Below are positions 62,479-64,000 of a stretch of 64,000 nt of DNA, piece after piece (the stretch's first letter is position 1; every line of letters begins with the position of its first letter). The notes under the pieces are model-generated. The model did not search any database. It saw only the letters and a program-made list of their open reading frames with translations, and was not told where the DNA came from. This DNA comes from a virus (taxonomy: Duplodnaviria > Caudoviricetes). The DNA lies in the IMG/VR virus record IMGVR_UViG_3300037499_000135, positions 5,056-69,055 of that record; one strand, 5' to 3'. Both the position numbers and the translations under genes were made by a program.

Positions 62479-63663
62479 CTAAGGCGCGGCGAACTTGCCC
62501 GCGCTGACGATGACGGCCTGCGCCGGGTCAGACAGATCAGCGGCGGTACGGGTCGCCACGACATGGGCGATGAGCGCGCCGTTACCGACGATGAGCGGGT
62601 TGACGACATGCCCGCTCTGCCCGATCGCGTTGACGGCCGCCGACAGGCTGGCGTGTGTGGTCTGCCCGTACTGGAACGCCAACTGCGTGGACGCCTCGCC
62701 CGTCCCGAACAGCCACAGCCGGTGAACACTGCTGGTGTTGGCACCTCCCCCGATCGGAGTGATCACGCCTGCGTTGTCGAAGTTCGCAACGTCCACCGCG
62801 TTGACCAGCGGACCGAACACCGTTCCGGTCGCCGTGATGTACCGGAACTGTGACGGGGACTGGGACGGCACGGTGACGATGTGCGGGTTGTTGGTGAGAG
62901 CGCCGCTGACGAAATGGGAGAACGCGCGGGCGAACATCGTCCCCGACGACTGATCGATCATCAGGTTGGTGCCGTTCGCGGTGACGATGTTCCCCGAGAT
63001 GGAGAACGCGCTCAGCGAATCCATCAGATCAGCAAGCTGGTTCGCGGACTGCGCCAGGATCACCGGCAGAGTCTGAACCACCACGACCGCGCCGCTGAAG
63101 AACGTTGTCACGCCGAGCGCGAGATGCGTACGCCGCTGCTCAGGTGTCGGCTTGATCCCCTGCTGAATGACGTTCGCCGACGAGTCCATGAGCCACCACG
63201 TCACCGACCGCAACAGTGACGCCGCATCCAAAGCAACGGTCTGGTTGGCGGTCTTTATCCGCGTCACCGCAGGCTCGGACTGGTCGCCCGCGAGGTAGTC
63301 GACGATGTAGCCGTCCAGCGCGCTGATGTCGATGGCCTGCGGGTTGCCGACGTTCGGGTTGAGTTCGCCGCCCGAGGCGATGCCGGTGGACAGGTCGGCC
63401 TGCTCCTGCGTCATACCGACACTGACGAGGAACGATTCCGTGTCGAGGTGGACCCAGTAGTTTCCGGACTCGGCCCAGAACGTCAGCACCCCTGCACCGT
63501 TCGTCGCCGTCGGGTTCGCGATCGGCGTCACACCTGTCGCGTCAGTGAACAGTGATGCGAACGCGGTCGACCCCTCGGGGAACACCCGCGTCTCAATGTT
63601 CGCCGCGAGTGCTCCGGAGGGGAACCAGAATCGGTCACTGTACCGGGCCAGAGCCACGCTCAA
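62479..63663 (-). CDS. Putative virion structural protein
   Basis: Ig/carboxypeptidase-like N-terminus (FTDATG...ANP..TNGAGVLTFWA), beta-rich body; in structural operon. Confidence 0.6.
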   Translation of the reverse strand: MSVALARYSDRFWFPSGALAANIETRVFPEGSTAFASLFTDATGVTPIANPTATNGAGVLTFWAESGNYWVHLDTESFLVSVGMTQEQADLSTGIASGGELNPNVGNPQAIDISALDGYIVDYLAGDQSEPAVTRIKTANQTVALDAASLLRSVTWWLMDSSANVIQQGIKPTPEQRRTHLALGVTTFFSGAVVVVQTLPVILAQSANQLADLMDSLSAFSISGNIVTANGTNLMIDQSSGTMFARAFSHFVSGALTNNPHIVTVPSQSPSQFRYITATGTVFGPLVNAVDVANFDNAGVITPIGGGANTSSVHRLWLFGTGEASTQLAFQYGQTTHASLSAAVNAIGQSGHVVNPLIVGNGALIAHVVATRTAADLSDPAQAVIVSAGKFAAP

Positions 63664-63674
63664 CCCCCTTCACA

Positions 63675-64000
63675 TCACGTGGTGGTTTCGTCGATGATCA
63701 GCCCGAGGTTCGCCAGCGCAGTCAGCAGCGACGCGAGCGCAGTCCCATCAGTGCGTGACCCCGTCACCGTCTGCCGGGACACTGGTGTCACGCCATGAAA
63801 AGCAAGCTGGTCATTGTCGGGGTCGATGACATGACGGACCGCCCCATACAGGGCGTCAACGAACTCGCGTCGCCCCGCATGCTGCGCGTTCAGGGCGTCC
63901 GCCGAGTACCGGTCGTACGCGCGCTGCGTCCCGTCGAAACCAGTACCCGACCAGTTGGAGACGATCAGGTCGGCGCCCGTCGCCTCCAGGTCGAGGGCGC
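63675..64000 (-). CDS. Partial (C-terminal) virion protein
   Basis: Open frame from the right edge ending QTVTGSRTDGTALASLLTALANLGLIIDETTT*. Confidence 0.65.
   Translation of the reverse strand, partial: ALDLEATGADLIVSNWSGTGFDGTQRAYDRYSADALNAQHAGRREFVDALYGAVRHVIDPDNDQLAFHGVTPVSRQTVTGSRTDGTALASLLTALANLGLIIDETTT

Noticed and set aside
1-64000. CRISPR array, tRNA or rRNA genes, IS elements, diversity-generating retroelement
   Set aside because: No regularly spaced repeat-spacer array, cloverleaf, transposase or reverse transcriptase motifs were seen by eye; a tRNAscan/Infernal run would be needed to exclude small RNAs.

Overview
The whole 64 kb window is a high-GC temperate siphophage of actinobacterial (most likely Streptomyces) type, and almost all real genes lie on the minus strand. 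Read 64000->1 the order is: virion and head-tail joining genes, tail chaperones, tape measure, tail proteins, beta-helix tailspike, amidase endolysin and holin, GT-B glycosyltransferase, an inverted wHTH/WhiB/RNA-ligase operon, XRE regulators, large serine integrase, CI/Cro switch, and early genes (HNH, Rad52/Sak, DnaQ exonuclease, RusA, WhiB, primase-helicase followed by an iteron-rich origin, DNA methyltransferase). After these come a membrane-protein operon, small terminase, a six-enzyme sugar-nucleotide/glycosyltransferase/methyltransferase cluster, large terminase, HNH, portal and a >=803 aa 2H-phosphoesterase/MuF/protease fusion that runs off the left edge and is missing from the ORF track. 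The integrase is flanked by phage genes on both sides, so this looks like a circularly permuted, non-integrated genome (or tandem prophages) lacking only the capsid/major-tail segment. Most long plus-strand ORFs in the track are antisense shadows. No tRNA, rRNA or CRISPR array was seen. All family assignments come from motif recognition by eye; no database search was run. The strongest leads are the self-contained glycan-building cluster inside the packaging module, the 2H-phosphoesterase head-protein fusion, the DUF5565-type RNA ligase operon, an Spd-like membrane operon, paired ATC start codons, a tail gene apparently split by a tailspike, and mid-gene flips in synonymous codon skew.
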